DNA of 64,000 nucleotides from Spirochaetia bacterium (GTDB lineage Bacteria; Spirochaetota; Spirochaetia; UBA9216): positions 1,728,001-1,792,000 of the forward strand of contig OY776510.1 in assembly GCA_963675665.1 (NCBI GenBank), given 5' to 3'. Within the stretch, counting starts at the first letter, position 1. The number at the start of each line of letters is the position of its first letter. Made by a program: the position numbers and the translations under genes. The notes under the pieces were generated by a model. It did not search any database. It saw only the letters and a list, made by a program, of their open reading frames with translations, and was not told the origin of the DNA. Of this stretch, positions 31,582 to 41,967 are shown piece by piece.

Positions 31582-31860
31582 AAAAAGCCTCCAGTATTTG
31601 CTTTACTGAAACATTAACTCCTCCGTGTGAATAAAATGTGAAGGGATCTTAATGATTTCATGAACATGGATTTATCAGGTGACGGTTCTATGAGCGGTGC
31701 CGGAATATCTGCAGAGAAATGAGATTTAAACCTTAATTGTCGACAAATAAAAAACATATTGTTGATAATTACAACATAAAAGGCGAAGACTGGACAATAA
31801 AATTTATTAATAAATTTATAAAACCTTATTCACTAAGTAATTATGTATGTAATAAAAAAG

Positions 31861-31910
31861 TTGACAAATAAAGATTATAGATTTACAATAGGCACGTATT
31901 GGTTGACCAA
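31861..31910 (+). promoter_or_regulatory. Sigma70 promoter and FadR/GntR-type operator for the TRAP operon
   Basis: TTGACA(31861)-17bp-TACAAT(31884); palindrome TTGGT-TG-ACCAA at 31899-31910. Confidence 0.65.
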
Positions 31911-31940
31911 AGGAAATTGAATAAGGTTATGGAGGTTATT

Positions 31941-32939
31941 ATGTGCAGAATAAGTAGAAAAGTACTGTTCTTTTTGCTTATGAGTATGTGTGCAGTCGGC
32001 ATTTTATCAGCCGGCGGACAATCGGAAGAGGCAGGAGCAGAGACCAGAGCTCTGACTTTTGCCCATGTATTCGCTACAGACCATCCGGTCCATGTGGCGC
32101 TTCTGGAAGCGAACGAAATGCTCAAGGAAAAATCGGGCGGAAGGCTTGAATTGACTATTTATCCGAACGGAACGTTTGCCAACTACAATGATGCGGTGCA
32201 GGCTGTAATAATGGGCCAGCTGGATATGGCCCCTCTTGACAGTGCATCGGAATACTTGCCCAAATCGGGCGTATTGCTTGGTCCTTATGTTTTCAGGTCC
32301 TATGCTCACTGGAACAATTTCAAGAAAAGTGGTCTTTACGGGAATTTGAAAAATGAGATCAGTGAGGCTGTAGGCGTTAAACAGCTGGACCACTATAACT
32401 TCGGTTTCAGAAACGTAACCGGAAACAAACCGCTTACAAAACTTTCAGATTTTGAAAGGCTTAAATTAAGAGTGGTCAATTTTCCTCCCTACAATGAAGT
32501 AGCAACAATTTTCAATGCTGTTGGAACTTCCCTGCCGATAGGAGACGTGTACATGGGGCTTCAAACCGGTGTGGTTGATGCCCAGGAAAATCCTCTTACC
32601 CAGATAGTAACAATGAAATTCTATGAAGTTCAGGATTACCTGATGTTTACCCGTCATATGCTTGCTGTAGCGGGAACGATAATGTCTGAATCAACCTGGA
32701 ATTCCCTTTCAGCGGATGATCAGAAACTTATTGAAGAAGTTTTTACATTTGAGGCAAACAGGATTGATCAAATTGTCCAGGAAAATGAAAATGCACTTGC
32801 GAATCAGGTTAAGTCATACGGTATGACTATAATCGATGATGTGGATACCAAACCTTTCATGGACCGTGTTCCTATTGTTCTGGAGCGAAATCCTGAGTGG
32901 GTAGATCTCTACAATCAGATTCAGAAAATTTCAGACTGA
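31941..32939 (+). CDS. dctP: TRAP transporter substrate-binding protein DctP
   Basis: KSGGRLELTIYPNG, GFRNVT, LKLRV, VYMGLQTGVVDAQENP, FYEVQDY. Confidence 0.95.
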   Translation: MCRISRKVLFFLLMSMCAVGILSAGGQSEEAGAETRALTFAHVFATDHPVHVALLEANEMLKEKSGGRLELTIYPNGTFANYNDAVQAVIMGQLDMAPLDSASEYLPKSGVLLGPYVFRSYAHWNNFKKSGLYGNLKNEISEAVGVKQLDHYNFGFRNVTGNKPLTKLSDFERLKLRVVNFPPYNEVATIFNAVGTSLPIGDVYMGLQTGVVDAQENPLTQIVTMKFYEVQDYLMFTRHMLAVAGTIMSESTWNSLSADDQKLIEEVFTFEANRIDQIVQENENALANQVKSYGMTIIDDVDTKPFMDRVPIVLERNPEWVDLYNQIQKISD

Positions 32940-33001
32940 TAAAGCCGGCGCCCTTCCTTCTTTCAGGGGGAAGGGTGACACTTTCGGGGGAAGGGAAATA
33001 A

Positions 33002-33535
33002 ATGCGTTTTGAGAAGATTTATAACAGATCGCTGATCGTTACAAAAAAATTGCAGAAAATTGAGCTTGTTATCGGTATGATCTGTCTGGCGTTTATGCTT
33101 TCAATAATAGTATTGAATATTGTGTTCAGGTATGTTCTCTATAAACCGATTTCCTGGTCTGATGAACTCAGCAACTATCTGTTCATATGGATGAGTTTTC
33201 TGGCTTCAGCATATGTAATGGGCGATGATCATCATGTGAGGGTTACCGCGCTTGTTCAGCGGATGCCTGCAAAACCGGGGAATTTTATCCATCTGGCCAT
33301 GAACCTGGTAATGTTGACTGTTTTTGCGTCATATATTGTTCCTTCGCTTTCCATTCTCGGCGGATTAAAGAGATCAAATATGATGCGGATTCCGCTTAAG
33401 TTTGTTTATGTGATTATTCCCATAGCATTCTTCCTTATGGCTGTTCACGTAATTAACAATATAATTCGGGATCTTTACCGTATTGCAAACAGTAAAGATA
33501 CAACCGGTCCGGTTAAATCTGAATCTCTGGATTGA
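33002..33535 (+). CDS. dctQ: TRAP transporter small permease DctQ
   Basis: IVFRYVLYKPISWSDELSNYLFIWMSFL...HVRVT. Confidence 0.92.
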   Translation: MRFEKIYNRSLIVTKKLQKIELVIGMICLAFMLSIIVLNIVFRYVLYKPISWSDELSNYLFIWMSFLASAYVMGDDHHVRVTALVQRMPAKPGNFIHLAMNLVMLTVFASYIVPSLSILGGLKRSNMMRIPLKFVYVIIPIAFFLMAVHVINNIIRDLYRIANSKDTTGPVKSESLD

Positions 33536-33546
33536 AGGAGGATTTT

Positions 33547-34842
33547 ATGCTGCTTTCTGTATTCCTGATTGCTTTTGTTGTAATGTTTCTTCTGGGTATG
33601 CCCATCAGTGTAGCCATGATCACTTCATCTTTTATCTATATTGCCATGAAAGGAATGAACCTGGGATTTATGGCAATGCAGATGTTTTCAGGACTGGACA
33701 ATTTTGTGCTTATAGCAATTCCGATGTTTATCCTGACTGCTGAAATTATGAACCGGACATCGGTTTCGGACCGGATTTTTAATTTTGCAAACGCTCTTGT
33801 CGGCTATATTCCCGGCGGCCTGGGGCATGTGAATATTGCCACGAGCATACTTTTTGCCGGTATGTCCGGTTCCGCAGTTGCGGATGTGGGCGGCATTGGA
33901 AATCTTAATTATGAAGCGATGGTAGACGAAGGTTTTGATGAGGAATTCAGTGCGTCCGTAACCATAGCTTCTTCAACTGTAGGGCCCATCATTCCGCCGA
34001 GCATCCCCATGGTTGTTTATGCCATGGTGGCTAATGTCTCTGTTGGAAAGATGTTTTTCGGCGGAATTATTCCGGGAGTAATAATCGGCCTGGTTTTAAT
34101 GCTTTATGTTCTGATTATTTCCCTGAAGAGGCATTATCCGAAAAGAAAGGTGGTTGCAATTCAGGTTTATATCAGGGACCTCGTTGCGGCGTTTCTTCAT
34201 GGAATTCTCCCGCTTTTTACTCCGGTAATTCTGCTGGGAGGAATATATATGGGAGTTGTAACCACCACGGAGGCTTCGGCCATAGCGGTTGTATATTCCC
34301 TTATTCTAGGCGTATTTCTTTACAGAACCATGAAAATGACTGATTTTATCGGGAGCCTGAAAAAAGTAGTAATTACATGCGGTTCCATTCTCCTTGTTCT
34401 GCCGGCCGCCAAGGTTTTCAGTTTTGTAATGACTGCGGAGAACCTGCAGAGCCATATATTTAATATTATGACCGCTTTTGCCGGGGACAATAAATTTCTG
34501 ATAATACTTTGTGTAAACATTCTGTTCATTATTCTGGGAGCCCTTTCGGATCCAACTATCAATATTATGCTTTTTGTTCCCATGGTTCTGCCTCTAGTAA
34601 TGGCCTCGGGAATGGATCCGATTCATTTCGGGGTTGTAATTGTAATAAACGCGATGATAGGCAATACAACCCCTCCCGTAGGTGTTGTTTTAATGACGGT
34701 CTGCGGAATTAAAAAGATCAGCTACGAAAGAACAATCAGGGAGTTGTGGCCTATGATCCTGATGCTTCTGGCAGGACTGGTCCTTATTATCCTGATTCCC
34801 CAGAGTGTCCTGGCAATTCCGAACGCTCTTTTTTCCAGATAA
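33547..34842 (+). CDS. dctM: TRAP transporter large permease DctM
   Basis: LIAIPMFIL, GGLGHVNI, FAGMSGSAVAD, GPIIPPSIPMVVY, DPIHFGV, TPPVG. Confidence 0.95.
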   Translation: MLLSVFLIAFVVMFLLGMPISVAMITSSFIYIAMKGMNLGFMAMQMFSGLDNFVLIAIPMFILTAEIMNRTSVSDRIFNFANALVGYIPGGLGHVNIATSILFAGMSGSAVADVGGIGNLNYEAMVDEGFDEEFSASVTIASSTVGPIIPPSIPMVVYAMVANVSVGKMFFGGIIPGVIIGLVLMLYVLIISLKRHYPKRKVVAIQVYIRDLVAAFLHGILPLFTPVILLGGIYMGVVTTTEASAIAVVYSLILGVFLYRTMKMTDFIGSLKKVVITCGSILLVLPAAKVFSFVMTAENLQSHIFNIMTAFAGDNKFLIILCVNILFIILGALSDPTINIMLFVPMVLPLVMASGMDPIHFGVVIVINAMIGNTTPPVGVVLMTVCGIKKISYERTIRELWPMILMLLAGLVLIILIPQSVLAIPNALFSR

Positions 34843-34876
34843 GAAGGTATATAAATTATGGAGATTATAAAGCATC

Positions 34877-35644
34877 ATGAATGAGACATTAAAAGGATTG
34901 AAAATAGCGGGTATCAGGCCCGTAGTAGGTTTTGGGGTTTGTCTTGGAAGTACCAGGATAGCTGAAATGGCAGCAATGACGCGGTTCGATTATATAATGG
35001 TCGATCTGCTCCACAGCCATTTCAGCAAAGAGAGCGCAACAAATGCCGTCCGGGCTATCGCCAGAAGCGGGGGCGCAGTTCCTCTCGGCAGGGTTTCGAA
35101 TAATGATCCAGGTTCAATAAATGATTTACTTGATGCCGGGGCTATGGGTATTATTGTTCCCATGGTAGAATCCGCTGAAGAGGCTGTTAAAGCAGTAGAC
35201 GCCATTTACTATCCGCCCCTCGGTAAACGGTCAAAAGGAAGCCCGGCAGCAGTTTTTTACGGTCCGGACTATTATACGGAAATAAACAGGAATTTAAACG
35301 CTCTGGTAATGATCGAAACAGTTTCGGCCGCGGGCAAAGCAGATGAAATCCTTGCGGTGCCGGGAATAACCGGATGCCTGATTGGGGCCGGAGATCTTAA
35401 ATTTGAAATGAAGATGAACGGTACTCATTCAGAATTCATGTCGGTTGTTGACGGTGTTGTTGAATCCGCCGGAAAAAACAAAATTGCTGTCGGAATAAGC
35501 GTCGGCTCGCCGGACGAGTTAAAAACCTGGTGGGAAAGAGGAGTTGATTTTTTTCTGACGTCCCATGATATGGGTATTCTAAGTACGGCTATGAAAAAGT
35601 ATGACGAAAAATTCACAAAACTGGAAGTGCCTGAAAGAAGATGA
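34877..35644 (+). CDS. HpcH/HpaI-family (2-keto-3-deoxy sugar acid) aldolase
   Basis: LLDAGAMGIIVPMVES, YPPLGKR, VMIET, IGAGDL. Confidence 0.9.
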   Translation: MNETLKGLKIAGIRPVVGFGVCLGSTRIAEMAAMTRFDYIMVDLLHSHFSKESATNAVRAIARSGGAVPLGRVSNNDPGSINDLLDAGAMGIIVPMVESAEEAVKAVDAIYYPPLGKRSKGSPAAVFYGPDYYTEINRNLNALVMIETVSAAGKADEILAVPGITGCLIGAGDLKFEMKMNGTHSEFMSVVDGVVESAGKNKIAVGISVGSPDELKTWWERGVDFFLTSHDMGILSTAMKKYDEKFTKLEVPERR

Positions 35645-37143
35645 GTAACGAACAGTATTCCCTGAGTATAGATTTGGGCACAAGTTCATGTAAAGCTGCG
35701 CTTGTGGATCAGAATGAAAAAAATATTTTCTCTGCGTCCTCGGGGTATAAAACATATTCGGAAGCGCCCGGTTGGGCGGAACAGGACCCGGATGACTGGA
35801 TACAGGCTGCCGGTAAGGCTGTCGGAAAGGTTTTTAACGAATCGGGAATAAATCCGGATAAAGTCAAAGTTATGGCGTTAACAAGTGCCGCCCATATCGG
35901 TATTCTCGCTGATAAAAACAACAAGCCTTTGAACAGGGCTATATTATGGAGCGATCAGAGATCAGAACAGCAAGCCTCGCGTATACACAACCTGATGGGT
36001 GTTGAAATTCTGGATATAACCTGCAACAGGATTGCCGCTACCTGGACGCTTGCACATTTTTTATGGCTGAAGGAGAAGAAACCTGAAATCTGGAAGAAGA
36101 TTAACCGTGTCTTTTTATCAAAGGATTATCTTCTGTATTATCTTACGGGAGAATCTGTAACTGATCCGGCTACTGCCGTATCATCCATGTTCTGCGATTC
36201 ACGAACCTTGAAATGGTCGCCGAAACTTTGCGGACTGGCTGAATTAAATTTGTCTTCTTTTCCGGTGATCAGGGATCCCGGTGAAATAGCCGGCGTTCTC
36301 AATAATACCGGGGCCGGTCTTTTGGGGCTTAAACCCGGAACTCCGGTAGTAAACGGGTCACTTGACAGTGCGATGGAAACATACGGTGCCGGCGCCCGCA
36401 AAGTCGGGGATTTTGTGATAAGAATAGGAACAGCCGGAGGGGTTCATACAGTTACAGGCGAACCCTTAAAGAATCAGGAGTTGCTGACTTATCCGTACCT
36501 GGTTCCCGGGTTGTGGTATTCCCAGGCGGGCACGAACTCTGCCGGGTCTGCATTGCGCTGGGCGCTTGAAGCGTATGGCCTGGAGCCGGCAGAGGAGAAC
36601 TTTCATAAGCTTGCCATGGAAGCCTCAGGGGTTTTTGCGGGAAGCGACGGTTTGTTCTTTCATCCTTACCTTTCCGGTGAAAGAACACCGTATTGGAATT
36701 CGGATTTACGGGGCACTTTTTCCGGGATGACTTTTCTTCACACGAAAGCCCATTTTTCAAGGGCAATGCTCGAGGGCGTGGCTTTTTCAATCTGTGATGC
36801 CTTGCTTTCATTGTCTTCTACTGAAAAACTTCCCGATACAATTAATCTGGTTGGAAAAGCTGCTGAAAACCCTGTATTAACCGGGATTATAGCTTCAATA
36901 CTTAACAGGAAAATTTCTACTCTCAGTTCTGTTGATTCATCATACGGAGCAGCTTTGTTCGGACTTAAGGCTGCAGGATTGAGTTCGGCAGGCGGCCTAC
37001 GCGAAGCTGACGACCGGAAAACTTATCTTCCGGAGCCGGCGGATGTGGAAATATACAGGAATGCTTTTTCTGTTTACAGGAGCTATGCGAAACATCTTGT
37101 TATGATGTATGATAAAAACAAAACAAGTGGCGGTCATGGATAG
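35641..37143 (+). CDS. FGGY-family carbohydrate kinase (xylulokinase-like)
   Basis: IDLGTSSCKA, GWAEQDPDDW, AILWSDQR, PYLSGERTP, RAMLEGVAF. Confidence 0.92.
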   Translation: MSNEQYSLSIDLGTSSCKAALVDQNEKNIFSASSGYKTYSEAPGWAEQDPDDWIQAAGKAVGKVFNESGINPDKVKVMALTSAAHIGILADKNNKPLNRAILWSDQRSEQQASRIHNLMGVEILDITCNRIAATWTLAHFLWLKEKKPEIWKKINRVFLSKDYLLYYLTGESVTDPATAVSSMFCDSRTLKWSPKLCGLAELNLSSFPVIRDPGEIAGVLNNTGAGLLGLKPGTPVVNGSLDSAMETYGAGARKVGDFVIRIGTAGGVHTVTGEPLKNQELLTYPYLVPGLWYSQAGTNSAGSALRWALEAYGLEPAEENFHKLAMEASGVFAGSDGLFFHPYLSGERTPYWNSDLRGTFSGMTFLHTKAHFSRAMLEGVAFSICDALLSLSSTEKLPDTINLVGKAAENPVLTGIIASILNRKISTLSSVDSSYGAALFGLKAAGLSSAGGLREADDRKTYLPEPADVEIYRNAFSVYRSYAKHLVMMYDKNKTSGGHG

Positions 37144-37840
37144 AAACGAAGTACAGAACCTTGAAGATAAAATAAAAGCCCATATTCTTGAAAATGCGGA
37201 CGGTCCGGGAAGCAGAATAGAGACCGAACAGGAGCTTGCCAAACGTTTCAACGTCACCAGGTACAGGGTAAGGAATGTTCTCAACGGGTTGTCCCAGCAG
37301 GGAATAATTACAAAAACGCCCCGAAAGGGTACTTTTATCAACCAGCTTGATACCGATGCAATTACCAATAATATCAGGTTTAACTATCAGGTGTCCAATT
37401 TTAACCTGTATGAATCCATAGAAGCCCGTATTGTGGTTGAGCTTTCAATAATTCCTCTTGTTGTAAGAAGAATTACACCTTCTGGCATATTGGAGCTGGA
37501 GGGGTTTATTCACAAGATGCTTAATAATCTGGATGACCCCCAGGTGGCTGATGAGGCCGATATGGCATTCCATGCTGCAATGCTGAGGGCAAGCGGTAAC
37601 CAGCTCTTGAATTCTTTCAGTCAGATAATCAGCCAGCTTTTTCACCAGGTTGAGTACAGGAAAAGGTATTGGGAACCGGAAATCATTAAACAGCTTGCCA
37701 TGGAACATTTTTCCATTCTCGAGGCAATCCAGGAAGGAAATACGGATTTAACAGTCCAGCGGCTTAAACAGCATCTCAGTTATACAAAAAAGATAGAACT
37801 AGACGGTCTCAGAAAAGCGATAAACGGAAATAATTCCTGA
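37136..37840 (+). CDS. GntR/FadR-family regulator
   Basis: TEQELAKRFNVTR...VR...PRKGTFI HTH; FCD domain EARIVVE, DMAFH, SGN, EH. Confidence 0.92.
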   Translation: MDRNEVQNLEDKIKAHILENADGPGSRIETEQELAKRFNVTRYRVRNVLNGLSQQGIITKTPRKGTFINQLDTDAITNNIRFNYQVSNFNLYESIEARIVVELSIIPLVVRRITPSGILELEGFIHKMLNNLDDPQVADEADMAFHAAMLRASGNQLLNSFSQIISQLFHQVEYRKRYWEPEIIKQLAMEHFSILEAIQEGNTDLTVQRLKQHLSYTKKIELDGLRKAINGNNS

Positions 37841-37865
37841 ATTTTATAATTATGCCCTTTATAGT

Positions 37866-38378
37866 TTAAAGTTCCTCAAACCTGGAAAAATCAAGCTCAG
37901 CGTCGGTATGCGGGGCAATTTTTTCATCAGCATAGCCGATAGCAATTAGAGCCAGAACCGTTTCGTTTTCTTTTAACTTAAAGAGTTTAGCCAGCCAGTC
38001 GGCAGAACTGCTGCCGTCTTCCCTGAGTCTTTTTCTAATCTGTACCCAGCATGAGCTGAGGTCGGCTGATTCAGCGGCAAGCTGAAGGATTATTGAGGCT
38101 ATGGAACAGTCTTCAATCCAGACATCGCTCTTGTCGGTAAGCCCTGTTACAGCAATTGCAAGAGGAGCGGTTTCAAGTGGAGTCGTCCCGTGCGGTTTCG
38201 CTTCCGCTGCTTTCCTGATAAGGTTTTTGTCTTTTATTATTATAAACCTCCAGGGTTTCTTGTTTTTCCCTGAAGGCGAGAGTAAGAGGCTCTTTTTAAG
38301 GATTTCAATTTTTTCATTTTCAACAGCATCCGGTTTGTATTTTCTTACGCTTCTGCGTTTATACAGCAGTTCTGTCAC
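37866..38378 (-). CDS. Nitroreductase family protein
   Basis: RRSVRKY, SPSGKNKKPWRF, DCSIA, SSCWVQIR. Confidence 0.92.
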   Translation of the reverse strand: MTELLYKRRSVRKYKPDAVENEKIEILKKSLLLSPSGKNKKPWRFIIIKDKNLIRKAAEAKPHGTTPLETAPLAIAVTGLTDKSDVWIEDCSIASIILQLAAESADLSSCWVQIRKRLREDGSSSADWLAKLFKLKENETVLALIAIGYADEKIAPHTDAELDFSRFEEL

Positions 38379-38496
38379 AGCAGGCTCCTTGAATCAGGTT
38401 TTATTTATAATAGCATGAATTATATCAAGGTAATATAAGAGAATCAAATTTACTCTGAACCTGTTTTTTATTAAATTTAAACACAAGGAGTAACCA

Positions 38497-38706
38497 ATGA
38501 AACTGAGTGCAAGAAATCAGCTGAAAGGCAAAATTGTCAAAGTCGTAAAAGGAGCAGTGAATTCAGAGATTGTAATTGAACTGGCTGACGGTGTTATGAT
38601 CACTTCTATAATCACTAACAGCTCTGTTGATAATCTTGGTCTGGTAGCGGGGAAAGAAGCCTACGCGGTGGTAAAGGCTTCTAACGTAATGGTTGCAGTT
38701 GACTGA
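38497..38706 (+). CDS. Molybdate/tungstate-binding TOBE (Mop) protein
   Basis: MKLSARNQLKG...ITSIITNSSVDNLGL...AVVKASNV. Confidence 0.93.
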   Translation: MKLSARNQLKGKIVKVVKGAVNSEIVIELADGVMITSIITNSSVDNLGLVAGKEAYAVVKASNVMVAVD

Positions 38707-38804
38707 CCAGCAAGTTTAACAATCAAAACTCTCTCCGGCGGTATCTATATAATGTTTAGTATGGCCTGTGCAGCGTCCGATAATAAAATAAAGGATGGCT
38801 GCAT

Positions 38805-39125
38805 ATGGCGGAAAAACATTTTACCGAACGGGCACCGAGAATCCCTCTTGATGTTGAGGTTAATTTTGACGGTAATAAATTTGTATACAGTAAAAATATC
38901 AGCGAAACAGGTATTGCGCTGATATCAGACAGTCCGTTTGATGAAGGGCAGTTTATTCAATTGAAATTCACTTTGCCCGGTAATAATAACGAGATCCTGG
39001 CGCATGGAAAGGTTGTGCGGGTTGTTGCCGTTTCGGAAAATTTCTATGAATGCGGAGTCAGTTTCTGGGATATAGCTGATGAAGACAAGGAGAAACTTCA
39101 GGATTTTTTCAGGAATCAGGGATAA
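38805..39125 (+). CDS. Stand-alone PilZ domain protein
   Basis: ERAPRIPL and NISETGI (RxxxR-like / D/NxSxxG motifs). Confidence 0.88.
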   Translation: MAEKHFTERAPRIPLDVEVNFDGNKFVYSKNISETGIALISDSPFDEGQFIQLKFTLPGNNNEILAHGKVVRVVAVSENFYECGVSFWDIADEDKEKLQDFFRNQG

Positions 39126-39140
39126 ATCAGCTGCATCTGC

Positions 39141-39437
39141 TCAGATGCTGTATTTATCCATATCTACTTTGCCATTTATTCCGAATTCAATGCATTCGGC
39201 TTCAAGCATCTTTCGCTGTAGTACTGCGCCTTCACCCTTCAGTGATATCCCTCCCGAACTGTTGATAACCCTGTGCCACGGCAGGTTGTGGTTTTCGCTC
39301 GAAGAATGAAGCAGCCTTGATACCTGTCTGGATGCGCGCGGATTTCCGGCAATTTCTGCTACCCTGCCGTACGACGCAACCTTGCCGTACGGAATGGCCG
39401 AGATAATATCTATCACAAGCTTCGAAAAATCAGTCAT
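39141..39437 (-). CDS. Alkyltransferase-like (ATL/YbaZ, MGMT family) protein
   Basis: IPYGKVASYGRVA, PWHRV (Trp in place of catalytic Cys). Confidence 0.92.
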   Translation of the reverse strand: MTDFSKLVIDIISAIPYGKVASYGRVAEIAGNPRASRQVSRLLHSSSENHNLPWHRVINSSGGISLKGEGAVLQRKMLEAECIEFGINGKVDMDKYSI

Positions 39438-40269
39438 TGCGGTATGTCTCTATAATTTCTTCCGGGGCAATCGCAAGCGAGTAGTAGTAATGTGAATCCG
39501 GAGTTCTCCATCGTTCAAGTATATAAAATCCGGGGATAATTACTTCTGAAGTTTCGTTGTTGGTCTGAACAGATATGGTACCGATACTGTTTTCAATCAG
39601 TTTTTTTCCGGTTACAATTTCAACCGATACCTGTCGGGACAGGTCTTCAAGCGCCTGAGCGTCCGAAGCAGCGAATGAGTCTGCGACGTAACCGGACTTG
39701 AGCGCAACACCTACGCTTACAATGTATCCGGGTATGACCGGTATGGTGTTTGTCCACCCGGGAGTTCCGCCTGATGAAAAAGAGTCCCACAGAACCGGGC
39801 GCATAACTTCATCGGGCAGTTTTGCCGTCAGATAGGTTCCGTAAGTATCCCGGATGATGCTGATAACTTCCAGCCGGTCTATCATTTCGAGTGCAAGATC
39901 CCGGTCCCAGGCTATATCAAGATCACTCATGTATCTGAATGATGAGCTGACTTTTTCACTGTAGAATTTCGACACTGCTTTTACAGCTATATATTTTGAT
40001 GCCTGTTCGGAAGCATTAAGAAGCGCTGCGGCAGGTTCTTTTTCCCTGTTGCTCATTCTTGTCACATAAGCAAAAAAAACGGGGCTGTTTTTATGCGGCG
40101 GAGTAAGAAGGTGTTCGAGATAACCGTCGGTTGAAAAATCTATCGGTGTGGAATACTCCGTTATCCGGGTTTTTTCGGTTGTGCTGTCGCCTGTACTTGC
40201 GCAGGAGAATGAGATCAGTATCATTACAGTGCAAATGACGGCTGTTATGCCGGTCTCTTTTATATACAT
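39430..40269 (-). CDS. Lipoprotein (LPP20-like)
   Basis: Lipobox SFSCAS; PGWTNT..GYIVSVG...ADSFAASDAQALEDLSRQ. Confidence 0.7.
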   Translation of the reverse strand: MYIKETGITAVICTVMILISFSCASTGDSTTEKTRITEYSTPIDFSTDGYLEHLLTPPHKNSPVFFAYVTRMSNREKEPAAALLNASEQASKYIAVKAVSKFYSEKVSSSFRYMSDLDIAWDRDLALEMIDRLEVISIIRDTYGTYLTAKLPDEVMRPVLWDSFSSGGTPGWTNTIPVIPGYIVSVGVALKSGYVADSFAASDAQALEDLSRQVSVEIVTGKKLIENSIGTISVQTNNETSEVIIPGFYILERWRTPDSHYYYSLAIAPEEIIETYRND

Positions 40270-40403
40270 TCTCACAGTATATTATTCTTTTAAAGTAAGA
40301 TCTAATAAAAAATATGGTGTTGCGCTAAGTTCATCATAAATTACTATATGTTATTTATGACGGAATACTTGTCTTTGGATTTATATATTAGTAATTTAGT
40401 CAT

Positions 40404-41390
40404 ATGAACAGAAAGGAAAACAGAATTATTTTACTTTTCCTGACCATATTTCTGCTTTCAGTATTGGTTGTATCAATGGCTCAGGGTGAGCAGGAGGGCA
40501 ATTCATTGAACATTGATTATGATAATGATGCCAGAGCAAGGTTAAATAACAGGCTTGATACGGAAGCCTTTCGGGTAATAGAGAACAAGGCAACCGAAAG
40601 AGCATTTACGGGTGAGTACTGGGATCAAAAAGATGCCGGAACCTATGTCTGCAGAAGATGCGGAGAACCCCTTTACCGTTCTGAGGATAAATTTGATTCA
40701 GGCTGCGGCTGGCCGAGTTTTGACGATGAAATTGAAGGCGCCGTGATCCGTCAGACTGATGCCGACGGTTACCGGACTGAAATACTATGCAGTACATGCG
40801 GCGGACATTTGGGACACGTATTTACCGGCGAGGGATTTACCGATAAAAATACCCGGCATTGTGTGAATTCACTGTCGATGAGGTTTATCCCGGCTGAAGG
40901 TGAGACCGGAAGGGCTGTATTTGCGGGAGGATGTTTCTGGGGTGTTGAGTATCTTTTCAATAATGTTGAAGGGGTGATTAGTACTACAGTAGGTTATACC
41001 GGCGGAAGAACTTCATACCCTACATATAAGGAAGTATGTTATGAAGATACCGGTCATATAGAGGCTATGGAAGTGATTTATGATCCCGGAAAAGTCAGTT
41101 ACCGCGAACTTGCCAGGCTGTTTTTTGAGATCCATGACCCCACCCAGGCCAACGGACAGGGGCCCGACATCGGAGAACAGTATCTGTCGATGATATTCTA
41201 TGAAAACAAAACCCAGAAAGAAACAGCGCAGGAATTGATAGACATTCTCGGCAGCAAAGGTCTTGATGTTGTAACGCAACTAAGGCCGGTAAATGCTTTC
41301 TGGCCGGCCGAAGAATATCATCAGGACTATTATGTGAAGAACGGAAAAGCTCCGTACTGCCATTCGTATACAAAACGTTTTGACGATTAG
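40404..41390 (+). CDS. msrAB: Bifunctional methionine sulfoxide reductase MsrB-MsrA with signal peptide
   Basis: KFDSGCGWPSF, GHLGHVF, RHCVNS (MsrB), then FAGGCFWGVE, HDPTQ, AEEYHQDY (MsrA). Confidence 0.95.
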   Translation: MNRKENRIILLFLTIFLLSVLVVSMAQGEQEGNSLNIDYDNDARARLNNRLDTEAFRVIENKATERAFTGEYWDQKDAGTYVCRRCGEPLYRSEDKFDSGCGWPSFDDEIEGAVIRQTDADGYRTEILCSTCGGHLGHVFTGEGFTDKNTRHCVNSLSMRFIPAEGETGRAVFAGGCFWGVEYLFNNVEGVISTTVGYTGGRTSYPTYKEVCYEDTGHIEAMEVIYDPGKVSYRELARLFFEIHDPTQANGQGPDIGEQYLSMIFYENKTQKETAQELIDILGSKGLDVVTQLRPVNAFWPAEEYHQDYYVKNGKAPYCHSYTKRFDD

Positions 41391-41818
41391 GTTTTGATGA
41401 CGCCCTTTTTGAGGATTACATTCGCATAAAGGGCTGTTTCGCCTGTTGAAACAACAGCATACGCCTGTTTTGCCCGTTCGTAATATTCAAAACGCTCGAT
41501 CATCTCATATTTTACGTCGAAAGCTTCGTGTTTTGATACAATCCTTTTAAATTCGTCCCATATTACCGGAATGGTGGTATCTCCGGGGACAACCTCCATA
41601 AGGCCGACCTGGAACTCGGCAAAGGTGTCCAGTGGGAAAAGGGTCAGAATTGCGTCCAGCAGTTCTGGCATCTTGTGGCCGTCGGCCCTGACAAGTCTTT
41701 GTGCGTTTGAGGCTGCCGGAAAATTGGCGTCCCCGAGAACAATGGTGTCGCCGTGTCCCATTTCCTGCATAATTTTAAGAAGCTCCGGTGAAATAACGGA
41801 TGGAATTCCTTTCAGCAT
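41387..41818 (-). CDS. fucU: L-fucose mutarotase (FucU/RbsD family)
   Basis: MLKGIPSVISPELLK..EMGHGD.IVLGDANFP, ERFEYYERAK, TGETALYANVILKKGV. Confidence 0.9.
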   Translation of the reverse strand: MLKGIPSVISPELLKIMQEMGHGDTIVLGDANFPAASNAQRLVRADGHKMPELLDAILTLFPLDTFAEFQVGLMEVVPGDTTIPVIWDEFKRIVSKHEAFDVKYEMIERFEYYERAKQAYAVVSTGETALYANVILKKGVIKT

Positions 41819-41967
41819 AGATTTTCTCCTGTAAATACTGCCTGAAGCGGTGAAAAAACACGGAAGGCAGTTTTAAACACGAATTTTCTAAACAACATTA
41901 TAGCATCAATTTTCCTGATCAGAAGCCGTTTGTTGAAAATGTCTGATTTTTATAATAGTATCACCAT

